Below, one piece after another: positions 40,301 to 54,269 of a DNA stretch of 64,000 nucleotides. The stretch lies in NCBI RefSeq assembly GCF_009914755.1, contig NC_060932.1, one strand, 5' to 3'. The stretch's first letter is position 1, and the number at the start of each line of letters is the position of its first letter. The DNA is from the human T2T-CHM13v2.0 reference genome, Homo sapiens. Both the position numbers and the translations under genes were made by a program. Under the pieces are notes generated by a model. That model ran no database searches. It saw nothing but the letters and a program-made list of their open reading frames with translations, and was not told the DNA's origin.

Positions 40301-43110
40301 TGTTCATATCTTTTATTGTCTCATTGATTTTCCTGCTAGTTTTTCTATTATTTGAAGTGAAGTACTGTAGTCTAGAAGTACTTATTATAGAATTCTCTAT
40401 TTCTCTATTCAGTTCTTTCAGCTCATACTTCATGTATTTTCAGCCTCCATTATCAGTTTCCTATGTGTTTATAATCATTATATCTTCTTAATGGATTAGT
40501 CCTTTTATTATTATAGAATATGCTTCTCGCCTCTATAAAAATTTTTGTTTTAAAATCTATTTTGTCTCATATTAATGTAGTCATTCCAGCATGTTTTTGT
40601 TACTGTTCATATGGCATATAATTTCCATCCTTTTACTTTCAATCTATTTGTGCCTTGGATCTAAAGTGTCTCTAATGTAGATACCACATAGTTGGATGAT
40701 TTTTAAAGAGTCTGTTTTCCCAGTCTGTACATTGTATGTGGAGTGTTCAATTCACTTACATTTATTATAATGACTTGCAAGGTAAGATTCATGTCTGCCA
40801 TTTTACTATGTGTTTTCTATATGGCTTATGTCTTTTTTGTTTCTTTGTTCTCTTACAATTTTTGCATGTCAAATAGATATATTATAGCTTACCACTGATT
40901 TCCTTATCATTTATTTTACTATGTATTTTACAGTTATAATCTTAGTGATTGCTTTGCTCTGGGATTACAATTAATATCTTAATTTATAACAATCTAGTTT
41001 GGATTAAAACAAACATGAATTCAATAGTATAAAAAGCCTATATACGTATCTCTCTGTTTTGTTCCCATTCTTTGGTGCTATTTTCATAAAAATCAGATCT
41101 TTATACATTGTGTGCCCATTAAAACAGATTTTAATGGGTGTTGTTTAAATTAGACAGGAGGAAAAACAGAGTAAAAAATAAAAATACCTTTATAATGTCT
41201 TTTATATTTACCTAGTAGGTATCTTTAATAGTTTTGTATTTCTTCATGTTGATTCTAATTATTGTCTGATATACTCTTCTTTCAACCTGAAAGATTCTCT
41301 TTAGTATTTCCTGTTGAGTTAGTATTCTATCAAAAATTTCTCTGTTATTGTCTGAGTATCTGATAGTGTCTTAGTATTTACTTTTAAAGAATAATTTTCT
41401 GGCTATAAAATTACTGGTTGATGATCTCTCTTTTAGCACCCTTGAATATATCATCCAACTGCCTGCTGGCCCTTATGGTATCTGATGAGAAATCAGCCAC
41501 TGATCTTATTCTGGATTGCCTAAATAAAATGTGTCACTTCTCTTGCCACTTTTAAGGTTCTCTTTGTCTTTGGCAATTTGACTATAATGTATCCAGGTAT
41601 GGATCTCTTTAAGCTTATCCTGTCTGGATTTGCTGAACCTATTGAATGTATAAATTGATGTTTTTTTAAAATCAAATTTGGGAAGTTGTGGTGATTATTC
41701 CCTCAAATATTCATTACATTAGTTCACTCTCTCCTTCTGGGACTCTAATTATGCCTATGTTGCCATACCTAAGGTCCTCCACAGGTGTCTGAAGCTGTGT
41801 TCATTTTTCTTCATTCATTTTTTTTCTTTCTTTTCCTCAGACTAAATAACCTTAATTGATCAATCTTTAAGTTTGCTCACTCATTATTCTACTATTTAAA
41901 TCTTCTCTGAGCACCTCTAGTAAATTTTTTATAGAAATCATTAGACATTTAAACTCCAGAATTTTTATTTGGGTCTTTCTTCTGTCTTTATTCATATTAT
42001 CTATTTGGTGAGGCATCATAATCACACATTTCTTCAGTTCCTTCAACATAGTTTTCATAAGTTCTTGAACATACTTAAATAGTTCATTTAAAATTTTTGT
42101 CTAGTATGTCTGGACTGCACAAAAATTTAGTCAATGAATTTTTGAAATGTCAATGTCTGGTCTTCATAAGGCAGAGTTACCATTGATACTTGCCCCCTAC
42201 CTGTGTACTGGCTACACTTTCTTGTTTCTTTATATGTCTCATAAATTTTTATTGAAAATTATATATTTAGAATAATATAAAGGTAAATGCTGGAAGTCAG
42301 GTTCTCCTTACTTCCCCTTGTTCCCCCAGTGTGTGTTGATGTTGCTCTACATTGTTTATCTGGTAACTTTTCTAAACTATTTCTGCAGTTTCTTTGTCAT
42401 ATGTGATCACTAAAGTCTTAATGATTCAATGGAAATTCTTAAAATGGCTGAAGCCAATAAGTCTCACTCTGCTGAAGTGTGTGTTGTCACATGTCTTTAA
42501 TACCTAACCAGATATTATAAAAGTCTGCATTACCGTTTACTTCCTACTTATACAGAGACTCAATTTTAGCTAGATGTGAGAGCTTGGATTCTTCTCTAGT
42601 CTGCCCTAATTGTGCATACGACTCTACACATGCACATGGCATTTTGATTCCCAGGAATATGCCGTAGCTCTTCAAAGACTCCTATAGACAACTCATTTTC
42701 AAGATTTCTTCTTTTGAACTCTTTCATTAGCCTATTATTTGTCCATTTTTACTCAGTGCTTCAGACAGCTGCAATGTTAAATAATTTTCTGTGATTGTTT
42801 TTGACAAACACACTAACAGAAAAGGCTTTGTACACTGGTGAATTATGAGTTAGGTTAAATAAGGAAAGTTTTGTGAATAGAATCTTCCAAGGAATTATCA
42901 AATGAGTATAATGGCAATCTCTAGAAATGAGGCATTGAAAGAGCCCCAACCCAGTTCTGCCCCTTTCAGTGACTGGCAAGCTGCTGATTTTCACTGTTAT
43001 TGTAAGCTATTGGTTGCTTTCCAGAGTTCTAAAAATGTTGATTTAGTTTACCAGTGTTTTCATTGCTTACACAGAGGAGAAAGTTTTGAAGGTCTTTGGT
43101 ATTTGTTATG
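37352..43110 (-). mobile_element. Old L1M (MC/MD-like): ORF2, ORF1 and 5' region, lacking the 3' UTR
   Basis: ORF fragment 40155-40433 (EYTFFSSADVTFSRIDHMLGHKT) is L1 EN. ORF1-like coiled-coil fragment at 41867-42058. Continuous reverse L1 sequence. Confidence 0.85.
37868..38021 (+). pseudogene. Short orphan retroposed insert (mRNA 3' end or 3' transduction)
   Basis: Perfect 15-bp flanking duplication aaattattacctaat, AATAAA at 37995, A-run at 38015-38020. It interrupts collinear L1 sequence. Confidence 0.6.
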
Positions 43111-43133
43111 GCAGCCCTAGAAATCTAATATGG

Positions 43134-43134
<1 letters not shown>

Positions 43135-43175
<41 letters not shown>
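43135..43175. repeat. (ATT)n microsatellite
   Basis: About 13 perfect units. Confidence 0.97.
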
Positions 43176-43176
<1 letters not shown>

Positions 43177-44182
43177 TTCATCAGTTTGAGATACTCCTGG
43201 TTCTTGGCATGATGAGTTATTTTTAGTTGAAATCTGGACATTTTGTTGCTGTTGTTGTGTTATGAGACTCGAATCTTCTTTAAAGCTTCTGTTTTATCTG
43301 GCTTCCTCTGCTGTTGCTCTACCAGAGGAAAGGGAAGTTCACCTCCACGTAGAGGTAGAGTTCTATGTCTGCCAATCAGCCTCTGTTGACACTTGAGGAG
43401 GTACTTCTCTTCACTGAGTGTCCTGGCTCTCTTCTAACCCTCCACTGGTTGCTTTCTGAGGGTGTAAGCACATAACTACTGCTCCTCACATGGCCTCCAT
43501 TGAGATCATGGGGAGGAATGGTCTCCTGACCACTAGGATTGGTGAGACTCTGTCTCCACGAGACACCTGAGAAGAGAGATTAGGGTCATCTTGTTGCTAC
43601 CACATGAAGGAAGAAGTTCAGGCTCCCTGAGGGGTCTCCACTGGCATTGCAGTGGTAGCCCTTGTTACAGTCTAGCAAGGATCAAGGTCTCAGATGTCTA
43701 TTTTACTTTTCTGACACAATCCCACAACAAGGCAGGGGCAACATTTGGAGTGTGTCATTATAGTTTGGTGAAGGTGAAATTCTATACTTCCCATTTGACC
43801 TTTCCTGGTGTGGGTGTAAGCAGGGCTACAGTTTTGTATTCTGTGCTGTTTGGCTAGAGTAGAGCAGTTTATTGTCTTGCTGGGCTGCCCTTTTCTGTGC
43901 CTTTGGCTAGAGAGATTAGGCTTTTGTGCATGTCTCTTTTGATCTGTGCCTTTTGATGTTTCCTGGTTGCTGACTTCTTTACCTTCAAGTTGGGATATGT
44001 GAGACAAAAAAAAAGTCCAGATAATTTACCATGGAGTCACTTTTCAGGCCTTGAGTCCCTAGCCAGTCTTCCTTCTCTACCTTATCTTTCAGAGTCTTCT
44101 CTGTTTGTTTTATCTAAAAACAAAGATTTTAGTGGGAGGAATGAGGAAAAGTATGCCTATGCCATCTTCCTAAAAGTGAAAG
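43176..44182 (-). mobile_element. Old L1M 5' UTR fragment
   Basis: Minus strand starts actttcacttttaggaagatggc (AAGATGGC YY1-type L1 start). aatctggacattttg at the left end fits the reverse ORF1 start. Confidence 0.55.
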
Positions 44183-44274
44183 TTGGATATATTTTTCAGC
44201 ATGACAACCACTTTAATTGTCGATGCAAGAAATTTAGAAATATCAAACTCAATTTTAGCACTCTAGATATTAAA

Positions 44275-44360
44275 ATTCTGTATCACACAACATACCCATG
44301 AAACAAACATGCACATGTACCCCTAAATCTAAAATAAAATCTGAAATTATTTTAAAAAAT
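44275..44360 (+). mobile_element. Very short L1PB-like 3' terminus
   Basis: atacccatgaaacaaacatgcacatgtacccctaaatctaaaataaaa. Confidence 0.75.
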
Positions 44361-45779
44361 GAAATATAAACAATTCTCATTACCCTTTTTATTTTAAAAA
44401 AAGAAATCTGATTTGTTTGTTTTTGAGTTAGCGGCCATGTTGTCTCTTTTTTAAAAAAAAAAAACAACAGGTAAGTTGATTTTCTTTGCATTAAGAATTA
44501 TTGAATATGAAATTACTATAAGGGCAATCAAAGCATTGTAGCTTATGAGAGATTCACTAAACTCCAACTAGTCACCAGTCCTTCACAACTACAATTTGTC
44601 AACAAAAGCAAACCTAAAGAGTCTCAGGTCTGAAGGTATTAGAAGTTAAAAGTTGGCTTAAAGCTATTACTGATGGCTAATCTTTGTTGTGGAATGCTTT
44701 TAACAGAAGGGGCATGGTCTTTTAGTGCAAACAGGATTGGGCACCAAAGAACCTGGAAAACTATCTGATGATGATAAAGTAAAAACAGAACTAATTCAAG
44801 AGTTTGAAGAACTGGACTTCATTCCTACCTTGGCCTTTAATCTGCCATGTAAACTTACTCAAATTAATTAAACTTCTCAAATCACTGCCACTGTGGCTGT
44901 TTAGAGCTGAATGAACTTATTCAGTAGACTAGTGAGAACTGATATTATTATTACTATTCTCTTTGTGTTTACATTTTGGGAGATGCATCTTGATATACTA
45001 ATCTTGGGGGAGGCCTAACCATCAGTGTTTTTGAAAGCCCCTTCTCCAGCTGACTCTAATGTGTGCAGGGCTGAGACTCTTCAATCTAGACAAATATCTC
45101 CAGTTCTGACTCAAGATGTCATTCAACCTGAATGATTCAAGTGTTCAGCCATGTTTGGGTACCATTGATCTAGTAATTTTCAAAACAGGGTTGGGGAAGA
45201 CGGCTAGTTTAGGAGAAATTTCTAACTCCTTTACCCTTCTCCTTATCCCTCAAGATGAACATTTTGAAAGTATTCCCTAGTGATTCTGATACCTGACTTG
45301 GACTTTCACACTCCCCACTCCACTGCCATTTTTGTCTCCTCTAACCTTCCAGTCCAGAGTTGTCTTGATGTAACTGTACTTTCAAAGCTTGAATGCTCTC
45401 TACAACATTGCTACCAGCTTCCGTTTGAACATCATCTATGACAAGAATCTCATTAGCTCTTGGGCAACTAATTCTGTCTCTTGACAGTCTCAATAAGGCA
45501 AAAGATACAGTAAGATACCTGAGTAAGGTAAGGTAATGAGGAGACAGCTTTCTGCTCTCTGTAAAGAAGATTACGTGTGCTATTTTAAAAATAAGTCACA
45601 ACTCAAGTTATAGTCACTTTGGAAAATCGCTAACTTTAAAAATAAATAACATATTTCACTTGCTAAGTCTCTTTCCCTAAAAAATTCCTGTGGAAATGTT
45701 ACAATCTTCATTTTTTGAAAATAAAAATAATTTTTCTTAATTGTTACAGATAAGAAAGCCGAGTTATATGAAGATAAGT

Positions 45780-47300
45780 AAATTGACAGAGTCAGCTGGT
45801 ACATGATCACGTGGGATTTGAACGATGGCAATTACCCTCACAGCCACACTCTGACATAAGGCTTCCATCAGTGAACAGGTTGAGTTTGCTCCCCTCCCCA
45901 CCACCACACACATACAACATGAAATGGTGATGCTCTTTCAGTAATATTCCCGAAACATGTTTTCCAGATCAGTCCATATCTATGAAGAAATGTCTGATAC
46001 ATGAAAGGAGGAAAGGGACACTGTTGTGACCAATGCTGAAGAACAGGCTAGAGACAGAATCCTCAGAATCAGTCTGAAAATCATGTGATGGAAGACAGCA
46101 TTAGCGAAGGCAATGTGCATGAACCCAGTTTGCTTTTCTCTTGGCTACTGTTTTCAGCTAAGTGTGAACTCAGGACATTTCCTGCATTTAAAGGCAAAAG
46201 CCTGTCACTCCCAAAAAGAGCTCTCTGTACTGACCGGTTCACTAATTCACTGCTGACTGGGCTTGTCTGGTAAGGGAACACATTAAATATTTAAACCTCG
46301 TCCTTCCTCAGATGCAGAGCAGCAAAGATGATTTTCCACGGAATTTAGCATTAAACTCAGGCAATTTGTACAGCTGTGCATATAAATGGCTTTTCACATA
46401 ATCTCTAGAGGCTAGGGTCAATGTTCCTCGTACATTTTAATACTGTAGATGACATAGCAACATCCTCCTAATTTATGTTCCCTCATAACTGAAAGAGGCT
46501 TAATAAAAGTGAGGAAGAGGCAATATGTACACAGCAACATCGATTTCTGCTGACAGTTGAGCGGAAGTTAATTGTAATTTTAATGTAATTTGTTCCATGG
46601 GTGATGTTGAGCCTTAGAATGTACCTAAATCCATTTTAAAAGAAATTATGCGTGTGCATATGTGTGTGTGTGTGTGTGTGTACCTGCATTATAACGTTAG
46701 AATGACCCAATTATACAGTTGTCATGAAAACACCAAATATAACTTGCCCAGATGAATAATTATTTTTCACACAGATATATTTGTTTAAATAAATGGAAGC
46801 TGGGTCTGTATTGCCAACACAGAATTGCGCCCGATTAGATTTTGGGGTGACATAGATGTTATGTTGTGTAAAATAAATGCAGACTTTGTTTGTCAGAGTA
46901 AGAGTGCAACACAGTCCTAATTGCTAAATTAAGCTTATCTGCATGAACTGTAGTTAATATTTATTCTGAGTGAAACAGTTTTTTATTATTTTTTCATTTA
47001 GTAGAGCAAGAACATGCTAATAGTTTTGTTGATAATTCAAACATTTCCTGCTGTGGGTAAAAACAAATGTAAAACGGAAGAATGATGGTGTTCCCCGGCT
47101 CTGAAATTTGCTAATTGCAGGGCTATTCAATTATAGGTAATATCCTTTTATTGCTAATAAGATTACCGTGTGTCAACACAACTGCAATTCTGAAATGGAA
47201 TTTGCCCAATTTGCCTTGTATGGAATTTAAAACTGTTCTGCGTAAAAGACTTTAGAAAATTAGCACTGAAATATGAATGACAAAGAGAAGAAATCAGTAA
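45780..47300. promoter_or_regulatory. Candidate conserved non-coding element/enhancer
   Basis: 1.5 kb with no recognisable transposon. Clustered TAATT(G), TGACAG, CACGTG and GCGGAAGT motifs. Based on motifs only. Confidence 0.35.
46649..46682. repeat. (TG)n microsatellite
   Basis: Alternating purine-pyrimidine run. Confidence 0.9.
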
Positions 47301-48302
47301 AATATCTAATGTACTTATTTTTTCCCATGCAGATGCTTTTATTTTGGAACAGTTTCAAATTGGGTATTTTGTCACCAAAAAAGAAAAATAAACAAAAGGC
47401 AGGAGTATGATCGAATATGTTGCCCCCTAAGTTAAAAATTATTTTAAAAGTTTATGATTCATTTAATACATTTTAGTATTTTCCAAATCTCCCTCCATGA
47501 GCCAGGATTTAATATTGTGTTGGGTCCACAATAAGCAAAGAATGAATGTAAGTTTATGAATCCGTAACACAGATAAAGAATCAAGAAGATAGCCAATCAC
47601 CTGGCGGGGAGAAAAGAATGTGTAAATTGAGTATTCCTGAATTTTACTTCTGTGCAGTTAAATCAGACTCTTAGAATATAGAGTACAAGAATGTCCATGT
47701 TGTACTGATCCCCATGTGCTTCTTATAAACCTGGAGTTTGAGAACTACTGGGTTGATGAGATCATTCCAATGCCTGAGTAATGGTGACAGTGCTTATCTG
47801 GTGTCCCTAAGTCATGGTCTTTGGCTACAAAGGCTGTAAAATGGCTTTGGATCTTCTCTTAAGGAAAAGACTAGTTATCTGCTTCCTGCCAAACACATGT
47901 GAACAGAGGCCTCCAGAATGATGATTGTCTTTAAATCAGATATTACTAATGATGCTAGCAGATACAGGTGCTAGGCTCCTCTGGATGTAGTAGGACCCTG
48001 TAAGAGTATACAAGAAAGACTCCTTGGGAAGTCTCTCTTTCTTAAAAAAGCTTTCTAAAAACGTGACCTATGAGCTGTGTGTGTCAGAATAATTTAGGAA
48101 GATATTAACAGTATGTGTTCTGGAGTCTCATGCCAGACCTGTTCAATCAAAATCACAGAGAATGGATCCAGAAATCTGTATGTCTTAACATGTCATATCA
48201 AAACTACACCCTTACCTCCCCCCACCAAAAAAAATTGGGTCACTGGCATTTGGTGATGTTAGGAGAGAACTTTCTTCACTTTTCCCAGGATTTAGGACTA
48301 AC

Positions 48303-48412
48303 CAAGGTGAGCAATTATCTCAATTTGCCTGGCTTTTCCAAGTTTAACACTGAAAGTCTCATGTCCTAGGAAACTGCTCAGTCCTGGGCTAATCAGAACC
48401 GTTGGTCCCCTG
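48303..48412 (-). mobile_element. MER81-like hAT (Blackjack) MITE
   Basis: Degenerate TIRs (aaggtgagcaa...ttggtcccct) and internal aacactgaaagtc...ggaaac..ctcagtcctgggc. Confidence 0.75.
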
Positions 48413-48414
48413 AG

Positions 48415-48612
48415 ATCTAATTTCACATCTTGTTCTACCATATACTAATTACAATGCTTTGAGGGTGGCACTAAACCGTTTTAAGATCCAATTTCCTCAT
48501 CTGTAAAATGGCTATAATAACCATTTCACAGAGATATTGTGTGGATTAAATGAAATTAGATGTGATTACATATATGAAGCACCTAGCAAGCAGACATTCC
48601 ATAAATGTTATT
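48415..48612 (+). mobile_element. MIR
   Basis: Core tttcctcatctgtaaaatgg...ggattaaatga. Confidence 0.8.
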
Positions 48613-49050
48613 TCCTTTTTCTACCATTGGAAAAGTTGTATTTTCAAGCCCAAGGGGAGGATCATGTTACACACCACAAGACAGTGGATGCCATTTAATT
48701 TATTTCATCTTAAAAAAAAGAGAGAAAGGGAGATACTTTTTTGTCAGTAAATAACAGGTTGTCACACAGTTTTCAGGCAGATTTGTTTTTGATTTTTTTC
48801 TTCAGTTTGCAAATATGCAAATCAAGAGTCATGATTCACTTCATTTCCATGAAAAATTAATTCACTATAAAATTCTGGATATAAGCAAAAAAAAAGGAAA
48901 AAAGATGAGTTCAAAATACTGAGTCCTAAGTCCTAGAATTTAGACAAGACATTTGGAGTCATATAAATCAAAGAAGGTATTGCTTCTACAATTTGAGTAG
49001 ATATACGGACAAAGCCCTCAGGCCAGGCTATGTTCCTACCACTGGCTTTA

Positions 49051-49335
49051 TTTTATTTTATTTTAAGATGTAGTTTCACTCTTGTTGCCCAGGCTGGAGT
49101 GCAGGGCGCAATCTTGACTCACTGCAACCTCTGCCTCCCAAGTTCAAGCAATTCTCCTGCCTCAGCCTCCCAAGTAGCTGGGATTACAGGCATGCGCCAC
49201 CACACCTGACTAATTTTCTGTTTTTAGTGGAGACACAGTTTTGCCACGTTGGCCGGACTAGTTTTGAACCTCTGACCGCAGGTGATCCACCTGCTTTGGC
49301 CTCCCAAAATGCTGGGATTATAAGTGCGCCTGGCC
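49051..49335 (-). mobile_element. AluSq/Sp-like
   Basis: tttcactcttgttgcccagg diagnostic. TSD tgg(c/t)ttta. Confidence 0.93.
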
Positions 49336-50084
49336 TGGTTTTAATAAGCTATATGCATTTAGATATGTCTCAATTTTTCTGGACCTTAGATTTCACTTAT
49401 AGAATGGAGGTTGGAATAGTATATTGAATTGGTATCTAAAATTCTTTCAAGTTTTATGATTCTATTCCAGATAAATTATTTTGCTTTGGTTTGAATTATC
49501 TTAGTAAAAGGGAGCTGGCTACTTTTAGGCAATTGATGTCAAAATAGAAAGATTAATTTTAGACTGTTATTTATTTTGGATCAAAATCTTCTTTCTATAA
49601 CTTATTCCTGCTAATCTTAAATCTCTCTTAGAAAAACACAGAATAACTCTATTTTCTTTTTCGTGGGCTTGTTCTTCAACTATTTGAAATGAATGACCAC
49701 ATTAAGCGTTGGCAAATCATATTTCTAGCTCTGCCAGAAGTGGTATTGACATGGCCATGTTTAACCATGATGGGCTTGATTGAAGCTCTGAGGACTTCTC
49801 AGGCCAGGTGAGACTGTCCTAACCAAGCATCAAAGTTGATAATTGAATGAAAAGGTTCACCCTTACTTATTAGTTAGCTTATAATACGAGGGTCAGAATT
49901 TAAAGGTAAGAGTGAATTAGAAGAAGATTAAATCGGCAGGAGCTCAATCATGGAAAGACTTTGGAACAGGTAAATTTGGTGAGGAGGTGTCTGGGTAAAG
50001 GCTGAGAAACAGAGGTGTTTAATTGATAGCAATATCCTGAGTTGTAGTTGAGAGGATAGAGGGCTTAAATCTAGATTAGAGAGA

Positions 50085-50195
50085 TCATTCATTTCTTCAG
50101 TCATTAATTCACCAAATATTTGAGTACTCACTATGTGCCAGGCATGATTTGGGCCCTGGGATATTTCAGTGAGCCAAGATAAGCCTAGCTCTTTC
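50085..50195 (-). mobile_element. L2 3' end
   Basis: cattcatt...caaatatttgagtactcactatgtgccaggca. Confidence 0.8.
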
Positions 50196-51079
50196 CAACA
50201 TGGCACAGGGTACCAAACTGACCACCTGTCAAATGCCTCCTATTAGTACATTAATGATCTGAGATTCCCTGTGCACGTTAAAACATACAGATTTCTGGAT
50301 CCATTCTCGGTGTGGTTGGATGGGTTTGACAAAGGACCCAGGAGCATAGGAGCATACGCTTTTTAATAATCTTCCTAGATTATTCTGAAACATAAGGCCC
50401 ACAGGTTACATTTTTATTAAGATCATTGTAAAAGGAGAGATCAGATTTCCCGAGGAATTCGTCCTTTATATGCTTAAAGGGTCCTAAGATATCCTGAAGG
50501 GTCCAGACACCTATATCTATGGAAGTAGTATTTTCTACTTATCAATACATGGCTTGTTCAAGGCACTGACAACCTGTTTCTCATTCTACATGTCCTGACA
50601 ACTTCCTGATTTCCACTGCATGTTAGGGATCTGGAGATTGACTCTCACTTACCGATGTTATTCTTTAAGAATAAAGCCCAGAATTATCCTTGGTGTCCTG
50701 GATACATTACATCAGCCAGTGGGTATATTCACTTTGGCAGGGCAGTGAATTTTTATTGACACAATCAAAGAATACATTGTTTGTCTTCTTTAGTGGAGTC
50801 ATGTTTTCAGCTTTTATTGATCTGATAGTCAGAACCTTCACATCCTTCATATATTTCTCAACTGAAATTGTGTCATCCAATCACCTGTGTGCTTTTGCAA
50901 GTCAGCTTCTTTACTCAGGGGCAAAACTGAATCTCAGTCTCTAGTGATTCCATGTTTTGCTGCGTTGACACTTCCCCAAGGGCCATGAACAGCCGCTTTA
51001 GGTTATTCAATCCCTTTTCTGATTTCTAGAATTAATCCACTGGGCTTCTACCCTTGGATATTAACAGAAATCCAAGTTT

Positions 51080-54000
51080 CAATACCATAAAGCATAATAC
51101 AAATGATTATCTCCCTACAATTGTTTACATTTACTGATCAGATCTTAACACCCAACCCTCCACCTTTTTCAAATCCTTCAGTACTTTTTGGAATCACTGT
51201 CACAAGCATACTCCATTCTGTTCTCAACCCCTTCTTTGAATGATCACTTTATGTTCTTGCTTAACTAAAATGTGGCTGCACTGAAAATACATCTCTATAA
51301 CCCCTTGAATGGAGACTGTTTTTTCTTCTACACTTCCTATAACTCAAGTGTCTTTTCTATTCTGTATGCTCACTTCAGAACCATTTCTTTCCCTTCTCCT
51401 TTAAAACACTAGCTTTTTGTCAGGTTCAACCATCAGACTTTTTTAGCTCCCACTTCCATTACTGCCATCTATAGACACTTTTACCTCCTCCTCTCATAAG
51501 ATACCTAGCTCTTGTCTCTCTTTCCACAGGTATGACTTTTTTAAGATTTCCTCATGCATATTGATGATACATACACCTCCTACATTCTTAGAACCTTTAA
51601 ATAGTTGTTTCCAACATTTTCCTCCTATCTCTCTTGACCATCCAGGAATGATCTTGTCGTTACCTATAACTATACTACTCCCAAAATGTTAGTTTCAAAT
51701 ATTTCAATCTTTATCAACTTTTCTTCTTTCAGCTTACTTAGTTCAATATTTTTATTCCAACCATCCTCAAAACGCATGAAAATTTGTATTCCATTTGTCT
51801 TAATACCTTTTCACTATTGGTTAATCAGTCCCAGTCATAACTCTCAGGAGAACACCTGAATATGTAGTCCAGCTATGTGATCCCTTGCAGACCTTGTGAA
51901 TTCTCTATTCTCTCTCTCCTGAAATTCTATTCACCTGGACTATCCAGAAGCTTGATTAAGCTCACTACCATTTTATTTTGTATTTATTAACAAGTATCTC
52001 AAAATTTAGAGAAGAGTCACTGCTCGGACTTACTTTACATTTATGTCCACTGTATCAAAAGCAGTCTCCACAATGAGACAGTTCTGCTAAACGTTCCTAT
52101 TAAATTCACTTAGTCACTTTCTGAAGTAACAATTTTATGCCTTTTTGTCAGATCTTTAGTATCCACAGCCACATAATGTCTGAGCTGATGACCTTGCATA
52201 CAATAAATAGAATTAGAAGATAATTACTTCAACTGCACCAAAAATTTGACTACCCTACTGTATCACTTCCCTTATTATAGTTTCCCTTATTGTAGTTTCT
52301 TTCATTATAGTAAAAATGATGTTCCTACTTAAGGCCAAGTTAGCTTTTGCCACAAATTTAATCCACTATTACTATCTTAAGAATTTAATTTCTGCAATTA
52401 AACACTTTCTGTCCTGAATCACCACATTTCCACTCTTTCCTGGTTCTTTCAAAATATCTTTAAAAATATTTTTTCTTGCCCTCATATAACCTTGCAGTTA
52501 GAGTCCTATTTCTCTGATCCTTTTCATGGAAGAAAAATCATGAAAGTAGTTTCTTATATTTGTAGTCTCCATATACTCCACCTTGCATTTTATTTTCCAA
52601 CCATTCCAATTAGACTTTGGACCCCATAACTGTATGTAAATAGTTCTTAACAAGCTCACTGTTAATCTACATCTTCCTATAGCTAATAGTTCTCCATCAC
52701 CTTGCAAGAGCCATCTACAGTATTTAATGTAATTGATGATTCTATCCATCTTGAAATATATTTTTCTTTTTCTTCCAGGACACCTTGGCCTCCTGGTTTC
52801 GTTCTTACTTCACTAACTGTGGTTTTTAAAATTTTCTTTCACAGTTCCATGTTAATAATATTTGTATTTTGTTGAACTTTTAAGATAACTCCATCTGAAT
52901 ATTTCCCCAGCATGCAAGTCTAACATAACCAGCTAACATAGCCAAATAATCACTACTAGAATATTTAATAGGGGGCAGGCCTAGTAGCTCATGCCTGTAT
53001 TGGGAGCCTGAGGCAGGAGGATCATTTGAGCCTAGGAGTTTGAGACCACCATGGGCAGCAAAGTGAGATTCTGTCTCTCAAAAAAAAAAAAAAAAAAAAA
53101 AAAAAGAGGGAAAAGAAAAGAAAGAGAAAAAGGAAAAAAAAAATTAGCCGGGTATGGTGGCACACACCTATTGGCCCAGCTGCTCAGGAGGCTGAGGTGG
53201 GAGGATTGCTTGAGCCCAGGGGATTAAGCCATGATTGCATCACTGCACTCCAGCCTGGGTGACACAGTGAGACTCTGTCTCAAAAAAAATATATATATAT
53301 ATTTATTAGATATCTCAAATTGAACATGGCCAAAGAAGAACCATCAATTGTTGTTTTCCAACTTATTTCAAAGCAATCCCATTACCTCAAGAAATGGTAA
53401 TGCCATTACCACTTAGATGCTCAGGCTACAAATCTAGGTGTTAATAATTCTTGATTCTTATTTTTCTTTCATAATCTAGTCTCAATCTATTAGGTAAGTT
53501 CTGCCACCTCTTCTGACAAAATATAACAAAATTCAACCAGTTCTCACTATCTCTATTGCTCTACAATACTCCTCAAAGCCATCATTCCTTATGGAACTCT
53601 AGCAAGAACCTCCCCTCATATCTCTCTGCATCCACTCTCATCATCCTATAGATTATTCTCCACAAAGCAGCCTTGGTGATATTTTCAAACGCATGTCCTT
53701 ATTCAATGTCAAACTCTGCAATGGCCTTATATTACATCTAGAATGAAATCTTACTGTAACCTACAAGGCCTTATGTGATCTGGCTTCCATTTATCTATAT
53801 TCCTTCTCTCAGTTGTTCAAGAGACAACATCACTTTGGCATTCTTTCTGGACCTTGAACATACCAAGGTCTTTTCCATCGCAAATGCTTTGCACTTACTG
53901 TTTCTTCTGATTGAATCATTTTCTTCCTTCTACATGTTTGCATAGCTGCCTGCTTCTTATTCAGGATTTAATGTAAATAGAACCTTCTTACCAAAGGCCT

Positions 54001-54250
54001 TCTGTGGTCACTATAGCTAAAGGAGACCTCTCAGTCGCTTGTTATTACATTACCTTATTTTATCCTTTTTATTGACCTAATCAGTTCCTGAAATTAGCAT
54101 TCTTAGGTTTTTCTTATTTGCTTTATGTGTTCATCACATCCCTCACTTGCATACTGAAACATAAGTTTCTGAAATATTATGTGCTGTATTTCCAGGGCCT
54201 AAAAAAGCACCTGAAAAACAATGAATTTAATACTTTTTGACAGCTGAACA
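51080..54250 (+). mobile_element. Long L2 (decayed ORF2 and 3' UTR), interrupted by an AluJ
   Basis: Pyrimidine-rich L2 composition, atctcaaattgaacatggccaa, tgctcaggctacaaatctagg, tattctccacaaagcagcc and an L2-like 3' end. Left boundary approximate. Confidence 0.75.
52972..53298 (+). mobile_element. AluJ with expanded central A-rich linker
   Basis: J-type ttgagcccagg. TSD atattta(a/t)tag at 52961-52971 and 53299-53309. Confidence 0.9.
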
Positions 54251-54269
54251 ATCACATTAGGATGTTTTT

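Noticed and set aside
44960-50390. Several MER5-like fragments (about 44960-45090, 47620-47750, 48060-48200, 50260-50390)
   Set aside because: Plausible, but too diverged to give reliable boundaries or family by eye.
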